Assembly: GCA_043228905.1 (NCBI GenBank)
Contig: JBHGNT010000001.1
Location: 8,680,001-8,744,000 of the forward strand
Direction: 5' to 3'
DNA length: 64,000 nucleotides
From: Azolla caroliniana
Taxonomy: Eukaryota; Plantae; Polypodiophyta
Within the stretch, counting starts at the first letter, position 1. Each line of letters starts with the position of its first letter. The notes under the pieces are model-generated. The model did no database searches. It had not been told where the DNA came from and saw nothing but the letters and a program-made list of their open reading frames with translations. Made by a program: the position numbers and the translations under genes. Positions 26,201 through 38,200 of the stretch are shown here, piece after piece.

Positions 26201-28802
26201 ACGGTGTGGCCGAAAGAAAGAATCGATCAATTGTGGGGGTGGTACGGGCAATGCTAGAAGAGGAGAGCATGCCCAAGTTCTACTGGGCCGAAGCCATCTG
26301 CACGATTGTCTACATCCAAAACTGGATCGAGGATAAGGTGTCAACACACGAGCTGTATTCCGGGCGGATGCCGAATTTAAGGCACCTTAAGATATTCGGT
26401 AGCATAGCCTATGTGCATGTACCGGATGAGAAGTGGAGGAAGTTGGGCCAAAGTCGGAGAAATGCATATTAGTCGGCTACTCTCATGAGCAGAAGGGGTA
26501 TAAGTACTATAACCCCCGGACAAAGACAATCCGAGTGAGCCGAGATGTCAAATTTGATGATGAGCTGGTGAGCAACGAAGACTCGATTGTGCTCTCCCCG
26601 TGTAAGGAACTAATGAGACGGTTCACACGCAAGGAAAAGGGGAAGAAGAAGATGCCGGAATACGCCACCGACAGAGACGAGTCGGATTGAAGGGAATCCG
26701 ACTCCGGACGGAACGAAGTCCCAGTCAGCTAAGAGGGCCTCGCAATTGCCGAATGCGAAGTTACGCTAATCGATCCACTAGACGAACACCGTCAAAAGGT
26801 ACAGATTAATGAGTACATGGCGCATCACCACGCGTACATGATGAAAGTGACGGAAGTGCGTGAGCCGGAAAGCTACGCAGAGTGGCAAAAGACGCGAATT
26901 GGCGTGCCGCAATGGAAGAAGAAATGCGGGCACTAGATGCCAACGACACATGGGACCTGGTTGACCCTCCCCGACATTGCAAACCGTTCGGTTGCAAGTG
27001 GGTGTACAAAGTCAAGTATAATGTTGACGGTTCGATCAACTGGTACAAGGCCTGGTTAGTGGCAAAGGGATACACGCAGACCCACAGAATCGACTACGAT
27101 GAGACCTTCGCTTCGGTAGCGAAGATGACAACGGTCTGTGTGGTGCTAGCGGTTGCTACGGCAAGGGGGTGGCATCTTCATCAGATGGATGTGAAGAATG
27201 TGTTTCTTCAAGGTGTTCTTGAAGAACAGGTCTACATGGTCCAACCCCCCGAATTTCAGTCAGAGATGAAAAAGTCGGTAGTGTGCCAATTCAAGAAGTC
27301 GCTTTACAGTCTAAAGCAAGCCCTTCGAGCTTGGAATGCGAAAATCACGCACAGGTTGCGTAAGATGGGTTTTGCGACCTCAAAATTCAACTCCTCACTG
27401 TTCATCCAGAAAGGTCTGGACGGCACGGTATGTATCTTGCTATATGTAGATGATCTAGTGATCACCAGACCCGGGCTCAATGAAAATCGGCCGAGTGAAG
27501 TCCCAGCTGTTGAATGAAATGAAGGACCTGGGGGACCTTCATTATTTTCTAGGGATTGAGGTGATCCATACCCCCGACAGTATATTCCTCTCACAACGAC
27601 ATTATGTGCTGAAAAGGTTGTACAAGTTCGGCATGACGGATTGCCAACCGATCTCCACACCCTTGGACCGGAACCTAAAGCTTCGTCCCAACTCCGGAGC
27701 TGCCTACAACAAGACACGTTTCCGACAAATCCGTTATCCGGCATGAGTTAACAATCACCTACTTGACATCAGTTATCCAGTCGGAGTGATTAGCCAATTC
27801 ATGCAAAGGCCGACCGTGGAGCACCTTCGGTGCGCACATCGTATACTACGGTATGTTAGTGGCACTAAGCATAAGGGTCTGTTATACCGACATGGTATAG
27901 CTGAAAAGCTAGTCGGATATACAGATGTCGATTGGGCTGGTGATGCATCGGATCGCCGGTCCACCTTCGGATACATGTTTTCTCTGGGTAGCGCGACTGT
28001 TGCGTGGAGTAGTAAAAAGCAACCAACAGTGGTTCTGTTTAGCATTAAAGTTGAGTATCGGTGCACTACCATTTCCACCTGTGAAGCTATATGGCTTCGG
28101 CGACTGCTGCAAGACCATCGGGTCGAGGTACCGACCTTGATCCTGATCTATTGTGACAACATCATATAGCTCGCTAAGAACCCCGTATTTCATGCTCGGA
28201 CAAAGCACATAGAAGTGCTTTATCACTTTGTGCGTGAGCGAGTCCTAAGTGGTGAAGTTGAACTTCGCTATGTTCACATGGATCGGCAGGTTGCCGACAT
28301 CTTCACCAAGCCGCTCGGATCAGACAAGTTGCAACACTTCTCGGAGATGCTCGGTCTCCACCATCTCGACGTGCCGCACTTGAGGGGGAGAATGGAGATA
28401 GGTAATGGCATCAGACAAGGAGCCGGAGAGAAAGAGAGAACCAAGACACGGGGAGATAAGAAGAAAATGGAAGCCGAGTCGACCAAAGGAGTCGGCACAT
28501 CCGAACAAGTCAGAGAAAGTGATGACGACATCAAAGTCAAGAGAGAGAGAGCTGACTGGAATAAGAAGGCCAAGACCCGGACATGGTCCGATGTTGTGAA
28601 GGGCCTGAAAACGGAAGACGAGTTGGAGACTACCAACTCGGACAAGAGCTGGAACGAATTGGAGAAAACCGATTCAATTCAACAATTTGATTCGGAAGAG
28701 CCGAATCTGTTGAAGGCCAAGCGAACTAGAGGGCAGTGAAGATGACACTAGAGTCATAGCAACGAAGGAGCTAAGATGGGCTTGTTGAGCAGACAAGCCG
28801 AT
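26201..28802 (+). mobile_element. Copia A' 3' half (INT end, RT, RH, tail), pseudogenised
   Basis: AERKNRS, KARLVAKG-like, LYVDD, ADIFTKPL, then KAKTRTWSDVVKGLK tail. Internal deletion near 26560 relative to copy A. Interrupted at 28803. Confidence 0.9.
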
Positions 28803-29243
28803 TGTTGAGAGACAAGCTCAACATTGGGTGATGCGTAAATGGGTACGTAACCTAGTGTGTTGACTGGGTGCGTAAAACCGTATGCAAAATATGGCCGTGG
28901 CGGTGTTTGAACCGAGAGGCCGTTAGAGTGTTATTCCTCGTAAGGAATAATTTTGGGAGTAAGTGTAGGGTGCTCGTTTATGAGCGTTAAGTACTGTAAG
29001 TACTTGTGTCAGCCCAATAGTCAGGGCTTGTATAAAAGGTGCTCACTGAGCACGAAGTATGTACAGAGAACATAGAGAGAACATACCGAGAATTATTTTG
29101 AATATAGTTTTGTATTTTCTACTTTCTCTCTCTCTCTCTCCCTCTCTTCCTTTGTGGTCTCTGTGTTCTATCGAATTGTCGTACTACTGAACCGTGTACT
29201 CTGTGTTCTTACGCATACGCTTCCGCACACGTATTCTTTTACA
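28803..29243 (+). repeat. 5' LTR of Copia C
   Basis: TGTTGAGAGACAAGCTCAAC...TTTTACA followed by PBS TGGTATCAGAG at 29244. Confidence 0.88.
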
Positions 29244-31792
29244 TGGTATCAGAGGGTGAGGGTTGAGACTCCTCTGCAGCCGACAGAAAAGCTTGCGATA
29301 AAACATAGTTAAGTTGTTATCGGAAAGGATAAGACAACAATATGGATAGAGGAATGGGAAGCTCGACAGGAGCAACTACGCATCTTGGTCGTACAAGATG
29401 CACCAGTACCTGCTTGGTCATGGCTATTGGAGTTATGTCGAAGGAGTTAATGATACAACACCCGAATCGACACACATATATTTTTCGGCTTGGGAACAAG
29501 CGGCAAACAAAGTTCTTTATTGCTTCGCGTCCTGTGTGAGCGATCAGCTCTTGAGCTACATTCGGGATGCTAAGACGCCAAAGGACGCGTGGGCGAATCT
29601 CAAGAGGATTTTCGCCGCTAGCACAACGGCCAGGAAGCTGCAGCTCAGGTAGGAGTTCAGCAATGTCCGACAGAAAGATCTGTTTGTGGCTGATTACACG
29701 GCCTGAATCAAGGAGATCTGCAACTCTCTCGCCTCCGTCAACGTGAACGTTGAGGAGGACGAAATGGTGCAGGTTTGCCTTGGTGTGTTAGCGTCAAAGT
29801 TCGGAGCGTTCCGAACGGCGGTCTGCACAAGAGAGATTACGCCCTCGTTCTTCAAGCTTCAGTCAATGTTGCTCGTCGAGAAAAATCACGTGAGTGCGTC
29901 GACGAGTACACACACAGACAACAAGATGTTGTACACGGAGGAAGATAGGCCCGTTGTCGTGGCGGATTGGCGCGCAATGGAGGTGGCCGAAAAGAGTAGA
30001 ACATGCGGCATAATCGAAATGCCAGAAGCAGGGGGAGTCATAGCGGTGCTGGAAGCCGGCAAGAGAAGGCCACGACGGAATGCTGGTACTGTGGCAAGAA
30101 AGGCCACAGTGAGAGAGAGTGCTGGAAGAAGAGAGCCGATTCGGACAAAGCCGAATCGAGCGGAAGAGACGCAGGAAGGTGTCAGAAATCACACTATGTC
30201 GAAGGCTCCGAATGAGGCGGAAATGGATTGGGCCTAGCCTTTGTAATGAAGCACAAGGCCATTTCGATGGCCGTGAACACCTCGAAATCGGGGGAGGTGT
30301 GGTATGTTGATTCCGGAGTGTCAAATCATATGACGAGTCATGAGGAATGGTTCTTGTACTTGGAGAAACCGGAAAAACAAGGAGTGGTCGAAACGGGAGA
30401 CGACACTCCGCATACCATCGAACATGTCAGAGAAGTTCTTCTCAGGCACATCGGGTAGAAAGGGAAACTTATGAACGTGTTGCACGTCCCGACAATAATC
30501 AAGAACCTGGTGTCGGTCGGACAGATCGTCGACCAAGGGTTACAAGTTCGATTCACGCACCTCGGGTGCTACATCGAAGAGGAAGCCAAAGTTATTGTGC
30601 AAGCGCGCCATGAAGGGAGGATGTTTATCCTTGACACCAATCAAGCCGGAACCGTGTTGTTCGAGAAAGGACAAAAGGTCGAGTCAGATATCAACATGTG
30701 GCACAAGCGGTTTGGCCACGTTAACTTCCCACAACTTCGTGAAATGTAGACGAAGAACATTGTTTTCGGCTTGCCGAAATTTCGGGGCCATAATGGCCAA
30801 GTTTGCGAAACCTGTCAACTCGGGAAGCAGCACCACCTTCCATTCCCCAATGAGCATAATCATAGTCAAAATTCGTTGGATTTGATCCATTCGGATGTGT
30901 GGGAACCGACACAGAACGTGAGTCTCGGTGGAAGCCGTTACTTCGTAACCTTCATCAATGACTTCACTCGGCACACCTGGGGGTGCTTGATCATGAAAAA
31001 GAGCGAAGTCTTCGTGTGGTTCCTGAAGGTGAAGAACCTTGCGGAAAGGGAAACATGGCGTAAGATCAAGTGCCTACGGTCTGATGGCGGGAAGGAGTAC
31101 TTCTCCAACTAGTTCATGAGTTATGTACAGAAGGAGGGAATTCGATGCAAATTCTCGTGTAGATATACGCCGGAGTAGAACGACATAGACGAGCGGAAGA
31201 ATTGGACAATCGACGAAGCCGCTAGGGCAATGCTTGAAGAGAAGCATATGCCGATGTTTTACTAGGCTGAAGCCGTAAGGATGGCTGTTTAATTGCAGAA
31301 TTGGACCTCTGCTAATGGAGGAGTGTCGCCACATGAGTTGTATTACGGCAAGAAGCCAAACTTGGCACACTTGAGGATTTTCGGCAACATTACGTATGTG
31401 CATGTGCCGAATGAAATGAGGAGGAAGTTGGATGCCAAAGCCGAGAAGTGTATATTGGTCGGCTATTCAGACGAGCAGAAGGGGTAGAAGTGTTATAACC
31501 CCAGACAAAGGAAGTTCGCATAAGTCGAGATGTCGTATTTGACAAGTTCACTTCGTGGTACTTGCCTTCACCTCCAATACCTCATGACTCCATTCCGAGT
31601 TCTGAAGAAGAGATCAGCGAGGTTGAGATGCCTCTGCGTGATGAGGATATTGGAGCTCTGACAGAGAGTCCGATCTCATTTCGGCTAAGTGGGCAGAATG
31701 AGGGGTTGGGCCGAGATGGCCGACCAAATGAAGAGCCAACGAGTAGTGGAGACTCGGCCGTGTTGTCCCCGCATAAAGAATCGAGGAGACGA

Positions 31793-32472
31793 TGTTGTGG
31801 AGAAAACCGTCCCTAGGCGGAATCGGAGAATGATGTGCGCGAACCGGCCCTTACACACGGGTACACGTTTTGTTGTAATATACATATTTAGGTACAAGTC
31901 GGCTGATGTGAATATCCTAGGTCGCACGAATTTGATAGGTAGGAAATCGAGGCATATCTCTGTCCGAAAGGACAAAGAATAAAGAGGATGTAACAAGTTG
32001 TAACGGCCTCCCTCCTTGGGCTATAAAAGAGAGGGAGAGGAATCGTAAAAGGGCTCGCTTTTGTCGAGGACGAAGCACTGTCAGATTGGGACCGAGCTCT
32101 TCTCCTCTGTCTGTCTCTGTACTTGCTCTGTGCAGGTTTTCGGGAGGCTGACTCTGCTCCACGGAATGCCCGAGTGCTTCCGACAGAGTCTCCATCTCGC
32201 TCTTCTGTGTGCGTGTGTGTAGGCGTAGGAGATCTGTCGCTCACTAGCTTGCCGGTTGTAACCCCTTTTTCATCAGAATATATATATATACTTATACGCA
32301 TTCGTCTCATTTCCGTTGTTTCATTCGGTCGCGGTTTCTGTGTTTCTGTGTGTGTGCGTGTGTGGAAGCACAACCGTTGTCTTTCTTGCTCCCACTCCTG
32401 ATCGGTTGTTCCTCGGTCCAAGGCCCCCGTGGTCCCGCCTCGTTCTACACGCACGTGCGTAACAACGTGACA
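31793..32472 (+). mobile_element. Solo LTR of the Trp-Gypsy clade
   Basis: TGTTGTGGAGAAAACCGTCC...CCCCGTGGTCCCGCC...GTGACA, ends matching G1/G2 LTRs; 4-bp TSD ACGA/ACGG. Confidence 0.9.
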
Positions 32473-32868
32473 ACGGTTTATGCGTAAAGAAAAGGGGAAG
32501 AAGAAAATGTCGGAGTACAATTTCGACAGTGCCGAGTCAGATCAGAGCGAATCTGACTTCAGGCCAATTGAGAAGGAACCTCCAAGGAAGGGGTCAAAAT
32601 CGACCGAAAAGGTTGTGAAATCGGGTAATCACGAGTTACGTCGATCTACCCGCCTAAAGAACCCCGTAAAGAGGTATGGGTATAATGAGTACATGGCGCA
32701 TCATTATGCGTACATGACATGCATGGCAGAAGTGCGTGAGTCGGAGAGCTATGCAGAAGCGGCGGAAGACGCAAATTGGTGTGGTACGATGGAGGAAGAG
32801 ATGCGCACATTATCAGACAACGAGACTTGGGACCTAGTTGACGCACCTAAAGGTGTTAAACCGATCGA

Positions 32869-33154
32869 ATGCAGATGGGTGTTTAAGGTGAAATACAACA
32901 CAGACGGCTCGGTCAACCGATATAAGGCCCGTTTGGTTGCGAAAGGCTACGCACAGAAGCACGACGTAGATTACGACGAGACCTTCGCACCAGTTGCGAA
33001 GATGACTACCGTGCGAGTTCTGCTAGTCGTAGCTGCGGCGAATGGGTGGCATCTACATTAGATGGATCAGATGCAGATGGGTGTTTAAGGTGAAATACAA
33101 CACAGACGGCTCGATCAACCGATATAAGGCCCGTTTGGTTGCGAAAGGCTATGT
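32869..33154 (+). repeat. ~200-bp tandem duplication in Copia C RT; second copy split by G1 (continues 52981-53097)
   Basis: ATGCAGATGGGTGTTTAAGG... at 32869 and 33071; both copies end CATTAGATGGAT. Confidence 0.9.
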
Positions 33155-35108
33155 TGTCGCGTTACTACGCGCGTGCGTGGAGAAACGAGGCGGGACCACC
33201 GGGGTCTTGAACCGAAGAGCAGGTGATAGGAGGGGAAAGACAAAGAGAGAGACGACCGGTTACGTATGAGCAAAGAAACACAGGGACACGGCCCGTCAAC
33301 GCAGAAAGCGCAAATGGACATTGAGACAGAGAGACACGAATGTTTGTATATTAACAAATGACACAAAACAACGGAGCACGCGAGCGGTTACAACCGAACA
33401 GGCCGGCGAACAGATGCCGATGCCTGTTCGTCTACGCACGAAAGGGGATAGGATGGAGGTGCTGCCGGAAGCACACAGGCGTTCCTCGAAGCAGCGCGAG
33501 CCTCCCGAAATCCTGTAGAGAAGAGCGATGGAGAATGAATAGAGGAGAAGCGTTCGGTTACGGTCCGACAACACTTCGTCCTCCTCAATGCGCGATCCCT
33601 TCTCCCCGCGTCTCCCTCTCCTTTATAGCTTCAAGAAGGGAGTCGTTTCCCTCATTAACTTTCTACCTACCGAATCTAACTACCTAGGATATACCTTTGT
33701 ACCTAATCCTTTATTATATACATTAGAGGGCGCGCACGCGTGAAGAGCCGGTTCGCGCACGCTATACACCGATTGCGCTAAGGGACGGTTTTCTTCACGA
33801 CATCCGCCCCCACCTAACCGCGCATCCACCGGTATGCGCCAAAATTGGGTTCTGGTTGGAGAAAACCGGTCCGGGTTCCGGTTCCTCGTTCATCGGCTCG
33901 TCCTCTGTTTCAGACTGTTCATCGTCGCTGTCCAGGCCTCTTACATCCGGTTTGCCGTCGTGGCGCTTCTTGAACGCCTTGATCCGCTTCCCTGCTACCG
34001 GTACCGCCATCCTTGTACCGTCGAGTTCTGCTAGGTGATACGTCCCATTGTCGTTGGCGCTCGTTACCACGTAAGGCCCGAACCACCGCTTTGCAAACTT
34101 CCGTGTTGCCCGGTGCTGGTTGTCGAGGCTGTTGTCGTAGACTAGCACCCAATCGCCTTCCTCGATTTTCTTTGGTCGGAGCCGGTGTGTTCGGTCGAAC
34201 CGGGCTTTGTTCCTCATCCTCGCCGTCCGAAGCCTCTCCGCCGTTTGTTCCACGTCCCCTGGCCTCCGCTCGAGCTGCCGTATACGCGCCGCTAGCAGTT
34301 CTTCCCGGCTCATCTCGTCTCTCCAGTCCACCGTCGCCCAAGAGGAGATCGTCTGTTCCATCGGTATGATCGGCTTCTGTCCGAACATGAGCTCTGACGG
34401 CATGAACCCGGTTACCGAACTGTGCGTTGTCCGGTCCACCCACAAGGCATAAGGTAATAGTCGTGGCCAGTTCCCGACCTGGCCTCCGCATGCCCGGACT
34501 AGCGCTTTGACGATCGGTCCGTGTCCGCGCTCCACCTTCCCGTTCGCCTCCGGATTGTACGTTATGGTGAGCGAGAGCTTGACCCCTAACCGATTGAACA
34601 GCTCCTCGGCCTCTTCGGCGTCCAATTCCCCGCGGTCAGCCACGATCTTCCCGACGCACCCGTACCGGCATATCACGTCCTCGATCAGGAACCGACACAC
34701 GGCCGCGGTCGTTTTGTTCTGTAGGGCTCGGCCTTCCACCTAGTTCGTCAGGTCCTCCCGGGCCAGCACCAGATATCACATCTGCCCTACGCCCATCGAC
34801 ATCGTCACCAACTCTACCATCCATTTGAAGTGGATGGCCGGAGGGTATGTAGGGTGAAGCTCGTCCCGATGTCAAACTATGGAGTGTATCTGACAGCTCT
34901 CACAAGTTGTCACGAACCGATGCACGTCCCGGTACAGTCCCGGCCACCAGTACTTCCCCTTTAGTTTCTCGAACGTGGCCCATGTCCCACGGTGTCCAGC
35001 CCAGGGGCTGTCGTGGTAGGCCTTCAACAACTCCTCCTGTTCCTCCTTCATCGCCACTACTCGGAGCAGGATGCCGTTCCTCTTCTTCGGGTGCTTCCAC
35101 AAGTATCC

Positions 35109-35194
35109 TGTTGGAGACGAGGTCGTCTATGCGGAAGATCAAGAAGCATTCGATTGGTGTTTGAATACCTGCGTATGCCAGTTTCTAGGTCGTT

Positions 35195-35228
<34 letters not shown>

Positions 35229-38200
35229 ACAAAAGACTTTCTATTCAATAGAAACAATAATACAACACCCAACCTTACAAGAAGGTTACAAGGTCACTAT
35301 ATATAGTGACCGACTTAGGGCAACTACCATTTATGCTAATTACACAAATGGCCCGAAGGGATAGTGTGAGTACGTCCATTATACACTTGTATTCGACACT
35401 CCCCCGTAATGGGCGTATACATGGGTTATCTAAGATTACAGGTATAAACTTAGGTTCTCGGACATATCAGTTTTTGTTCGAGTCGGCAGGGTCCAAAGGC
35501 AGAAGACCGAACTGGTCGGGTCGGAAGAGTTGAAGCCGATCATTAAGGAACTGATGTCGGTTGTCGGAAACCATCCTGCGCTGTGTCCGGCTCTAACCGG
35601 ACTGGTTTGTCGTTACGCCCATCTGATGCCGAAGAGACCGAAAGCGGTCTGCCGAAAGACACTTGGTCATTCCATCTGCGACATTGTCGGTTGTGGATAT
35701 TTTCTCTAGACCGATTTTCCCTGAGATGACGCAGTCTCGAACGAAGTGATATCGAACGTCGATATGTTTGGAGGCGTTGTGGTGAACCGGATTTTTCGAC
35801 AAGGCAACAACACCTTGACTGTCGCTATAGACAACTGGGGCCGAGTCATGATCGACTTGCCGAAACGTGTGCGCCAGCCGACCGAGCCATAAGGCTTCTT
35901 TTGCTGCGTCGGACGCAGCTACATATTCTGCTTCGGTCGTTGAGGTCGCTGTGCACTCCTGAAGTTTCGACTTCCACGAAATTGCTCCATTGCCGAATTT
36001 GAAGCAGTATCCGGTTGTTGATTTCCGACTGTCTATACAGCCGGCGAAGTCCGAGTCGGTGTAACCGACTACGCCTGAGGTTCGGTTCGGACCGAAAAGA
36101 ATGCCATGGTCTTTTGTGCCAGCCAGATATCTGAACACATGCTTGACTGCGTTCCAATGCGATCGGCCAGGATTGTGCATAAATCTGCTAACGACTCCTA
36201 CGGCGTGAGAAATATCAGGCCGTGTCGCGACCATCAGGTACATAAGGGAGCCGACTGCCGGTGCATACGGTACCGACTTCATATCTTCCCCCTCCGGGCC
36301 GGATGTCGGGCAGTCTCGCTGAGAGAGCCGAAGATTCATTGGGAGCGGGGTTGAAGCAGATTTGGCTGATTGCATGTTGAAGCGTTCCAAGACACGTCGG
36401 ATATAGTCGGTCTGAGACAAAAAAAGATGTCGTTTATCGCGATGCCGACTAATCTTTATGCCGAGTATGTGTCGTGCCGGACCGAGGTCCTTCATGGCAA
36501 ACTTCAACCGCAGTTGCCGAATGAGATCGGCAAGTTCGCCCGCGTGGCGTCCAGAGATTAGCATGTCGTCCACGTAAATGATGAGGAAGATGGGTGATCC
36601 ATCTTGAGCTGTGTTGGTGAAGAGACAATGGTCCTCATCGCTTTTTGAGAAGCCGATCGATTGGATGAAGTCGTCGAACTTCTTGTACCATTGTCGTGGT
36701 GCCTGTTTGAGGCCGTATAGACTCTTCCTGAGTCGGCAGACTAGATGTTCTTGGCCAGTAGCAACGAAGCCTTTTGGCTGCTCCATATAAATTTCCTCTT
36801 CAAGATCACCATGGAGGAATGCTGTTTTGACATCTAGCTGAATCAGCTCCAGGTTGTCGGCTGCCACTACGCCGAGTAGAAAACGAAGGGTTGTCATTTT
36901 CACCACTGGTGAAAAAATCTCGTCGAAGTCGACGCCATATTCTTGTCGGAAGCCCTTCGCAACTAATCTGGCCTTGTACTTTGGGGTGGTCGAATCAGAC
37001 GTCTCTTTTAGTCGATAGACCCACTTGCAAGGAAGAGCACGTCGGTTCCTAGGTAATTCGACCAGATCCCAAGTCTTGTTTGCCCGAATGGAGTGCATTT
37101 CCGACTCCATCGCCAGATGCCAGGTGGCGGAATCGACAGATGTCGATGCTTCTTCGTAAGACGTCGGTTCGCCGGCGTCGGTGAAGAAAATTCCAGGAGA
37201 ATACCTCTCCGGAGGTTGCGACAGTCTCTCGGATCGTCGAGGTATGATTGGACTGGTCGCATCGGGTATCGAGGTCGGATGGTCCGAAAGCGGATTGTTC
37301 TGCTGTGCCGAGTCGGAGTTGTCCGAGTCGGTAGTGTAAGGTTCAGCTACCCGTGAAGCTGACCGTGTGTTGAGAGCGGGGCCTTCTTGAAGGGTCGGCA
37401 CATCGGAAAATGTTACCCTTCGGACTTCGATCGGTTTTTCGACTGATGGATTCATAGCCGACTCGTTGAACACAACGTCCGAACTTCGGACGATTTGTCT
37501 GCGTTCGGGATCCCAGAGTCGGTATCCCATTTCGCCGTCGGATCCATATCCGAGGAAAATGCATTTCCTGGACCGAGGTGCAAGTTTTCGGCGATCATCT
37601 TTCGGAATAAGGGCGTACGCCTCGTATCCGAAGATCCTCAGCTTGTCGTAATTCGGCTTACTGCCGATCCATAGTTCCTGAGGAATTTGAAGTCCTAGAG
37701 GTCTACTTGGCGACATATTGATTATGTGTACTGCCGTGAGTAGAGCCTCTGCCCAGAAGCCATCCGACAGTCCGGAGTGTTGGAGCATGGAAACTATCCG
37801 TTCTTGGATTGTCCGATTCATTCGCTCTGCAATCCCGTTTTGCTCCGGACTGTGTGGTGCCGTAAACTCACGTCGGATGCCGCGTTGTCGGCAGAATTTG
37901 ACGAATTCTTCGGATTTGAACTCTCCCCCATTGTCGGTCCGAAAGCATTTCAGTTTTCGGTCGGTTTGATTTTCTACCATAGCGAGCCAATCTGAGAAGG
38001 TCGAGAAGACCCGATCTTTGGTGCGAATCGGATAAGCCCACACCTTGCGAGTCGAATCGTCAATAAAAGTGACGAAGTAAGAGGCACCGCCTAGAGACTG
38101 ATGCGGCATTGGGCCACAGACGTCCGAATGGACCAAATCGAGAGGTCTCGTTTCTCTTGGTGCTGATGTCGGGTGTGATGCGGCTGCTTGTTTGCCATAC

